From Marsupella aquatica (Eukaryota; Plantae; Marchantiophyta), in NCBI GenBank assembly GCA_973895155.1, contig OZ316897.1:12709375-12773374 (forward strand): a DNA stretch of 64,000 bases, given 5' to 3'. Positions 62,158 to 64,000 of this stretch are shown piece by piece. Under the pieces are notes generated by a model that saw only the letters and a list, made by a program, of their open reading frames with translations, was not told the DNA's origin and ran no database searches. Positions within the stretch are counted from its first letter, which is position 1; every line of letters starts with the position of its first letter. Both the position numbers and the translations under genes were made by a program.

Positions 62158-64000
62158 TTACAAAGTGGGGAAAGCCTCAATGACTGGACGAGTATCTTGG
62201 GGTGTCAGGATCATCTCGCCGTCCTCTCCCTTTGTCGCAATGGTGATGGTACTATCCTCCCCATAATTAGCATTTTGTGAAATTGTGAGTTGAGGAGGTG
62301 GTATCCATTGGTCAGGGACCATCAAAAAGTACGTGGACATAGCCTTGCGAAATCGCTTCTTATACTGCTTTGGTGAAATAACAGTCGGTGGTGCATTCTT
62401 TGGGCCTCCCAGAAAACCTGATGCTTTGACCCAAGTCTCCAGGTGCTTGTCCCATGTGTATTGCCTAATAAAATCGATAATTCCGACAACAAGCTCTTTC
62501 CGCTCTACGTCCACCCCAACCAGTAGAGAGTAATCCATGACGAAAACCAGCTGTTTTAAACATGCAAAACGAAAATTTAGGTAGTGCACGGCGGACATTG
62601 CAAATTCTCACAGGTAACAAGCAATAATAAACTCTAGATAGATAAGTTCTGATAAAAACCGCCTGAAAGACAAACTCCAATCCGAATTAAGAAAGTACAA
62701 AACAATGCTAGGTGCGTGTTCTCACCGAAAGAAAATGGGTATCGTTCCATATAGCTCGCTCCAAAAGCCTCTTTGCATTCTTTCCGACGTATATGGGATT
62801 GGTAGGCAATTCTTCCACAAGATTTTGATCTAATTTTACTTGACTTTTTCCAGTTTCGGAATCCGCGTCCGCGTTATAACGAGACCGCACAGACCCCTTA
62901 AGATCATATACCCGGGTAATGTGTCTGTCGTACAAGAGATTCTCCATAACTAGAACATCCATTTTGGTTTCCTTTCCACCCTTAATCGTTTTCACCTACA
63001 ATCCAAGATCGAAATTAGCCATACTTCGTTAATTTATGACAACCTTTCCATACGACATTGCTTCTAAGGAATTTGCAATCTCAACGGTCAGTACAACTTG
63101 TACGCGGTCACAGTATATTATCAACGGAAGAATTAGATTTGGTGCTGCACAGCTTTCTAGGTACTCACCTCATATACCCCAAAAATTTTCGCAAGACACG
63201 TTGGGTTCCCGTTTATCAAAGCTTCAAATAGATATTTGAAGTACGAGGAAGCAAAGTCCAGAAAAGACGTCAACTCCGTCTTTGTGACTTGTTTGACAAC
63301 AAATCGGTCATCTGCTGTTTTCGCAAAAAATACATTACTCTTTCCACCTTGGGCTCCCCACTTTTTACATCGGCTGAGAGAGCGGATATACTCGGTACTT
63401 CCCATGCAGCATTTCTTCCTCAATGCATCAAACTGCTTCGCAAAGTAGCAAGTCACTTGGAACTTCACCTTTCCTGATGGGGTGTCCTCACAGAAGCTTA
63501 TGGTTTTCTTTACCAACTGGGAAGCTTTCGTCGATATGAGTGGATTTTCAATTTCAGACCCTATTCTCGAATTCAACGCTGTATTGGAGCCAAAGTTCTC
63601 CCTCACTGCACCATCAACTTCTCCACTGGCATCAGGGATCTGTAGTGGATGAGATAAAGCTTGTTCTGAACTCAAGTCCCCTGAATCCCGATCTTGGTCC
63701 TTTTCTTTGGCCTTCTCCTTCTCAGCAAGAAGGTCTGTTACATGAACGTAATGTTCTTCTGTCGAGAGTGCATAGGCGATCATACTAGTTGGCTCTTCAT
63801 CGTACACAGCAACCACAACATCATCGTGCCCTTGAGGAAGAAGTACTCGTCGGGCATTTCCATCTGCATCTAGTTGCGCCGAAGCAGGAATCTTCGATGG
63901 AAGTCCAGGAGGTGGAACCTTTCCGTCAGAGCTGTTAGAAAGAATTGAAGAAGTACGGCTGTAACTCTTGAAAAAGCTCGCAAATGGATCTCCCATCCAT
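62158..64000 (-). CDS. FAB1: 1-phosphatidylinositol-3-phosphate 5-kinase FAB1/PIKfyve, 3' part (exons >64000-63169, 62995-62726, 62550-62158)
   Basis: [105 protein letters not shown]. Confidence 0.97.

Overview
Eukaryotic nuclear DNA from a land plant, most likely a bryophyte (liverwort-like, inferred from intron style, gene families and the sequence of a plastid ndhB insert). The raw ORF track is fragmented by introns, so gene models were rebuilt by hand from splice sites. Genes, in order: last exon of a CYP701/ent-kaurene-oxidase-like P450; a ~120-bp plastid ndhB fragment (NUPT); tRNA-Glu(CTC); a 4-exon secreted GDSL lipase (-); F-box/Kelch copy 1 (+); a 16-exon ZPR1 gene (+); F-box/Kelch copy 2 (-), an inverted paralog of copy 1; a very large kinesin-12/KIF15-like gene (-); a ~7.4-kb inverted-repeat-bounded transposon relic carrying two nested 5'-truncated LINE-type insertions with target-site duplications; and the 3' end of FAB1/PIKfyve (-). 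The most notable observation is that F-box/Kelch copy 1 has captured ~530 bp of the neighbouring ZPR1 gene (two exons plus intron sequence) into its leader intron. The splice sites are retained, the frame runs continuously into the F-box ORF, an upstream in-frame ATG exists, and one captured exon is still identical to ZPR1. This is a candidate newly formed chimeric ZPR1-F-box/Kelch gene. Two U12-type (minor spliceosome) introns (ZPR1, kinesin) and a GC-AG intron (kinesin) are also visible.
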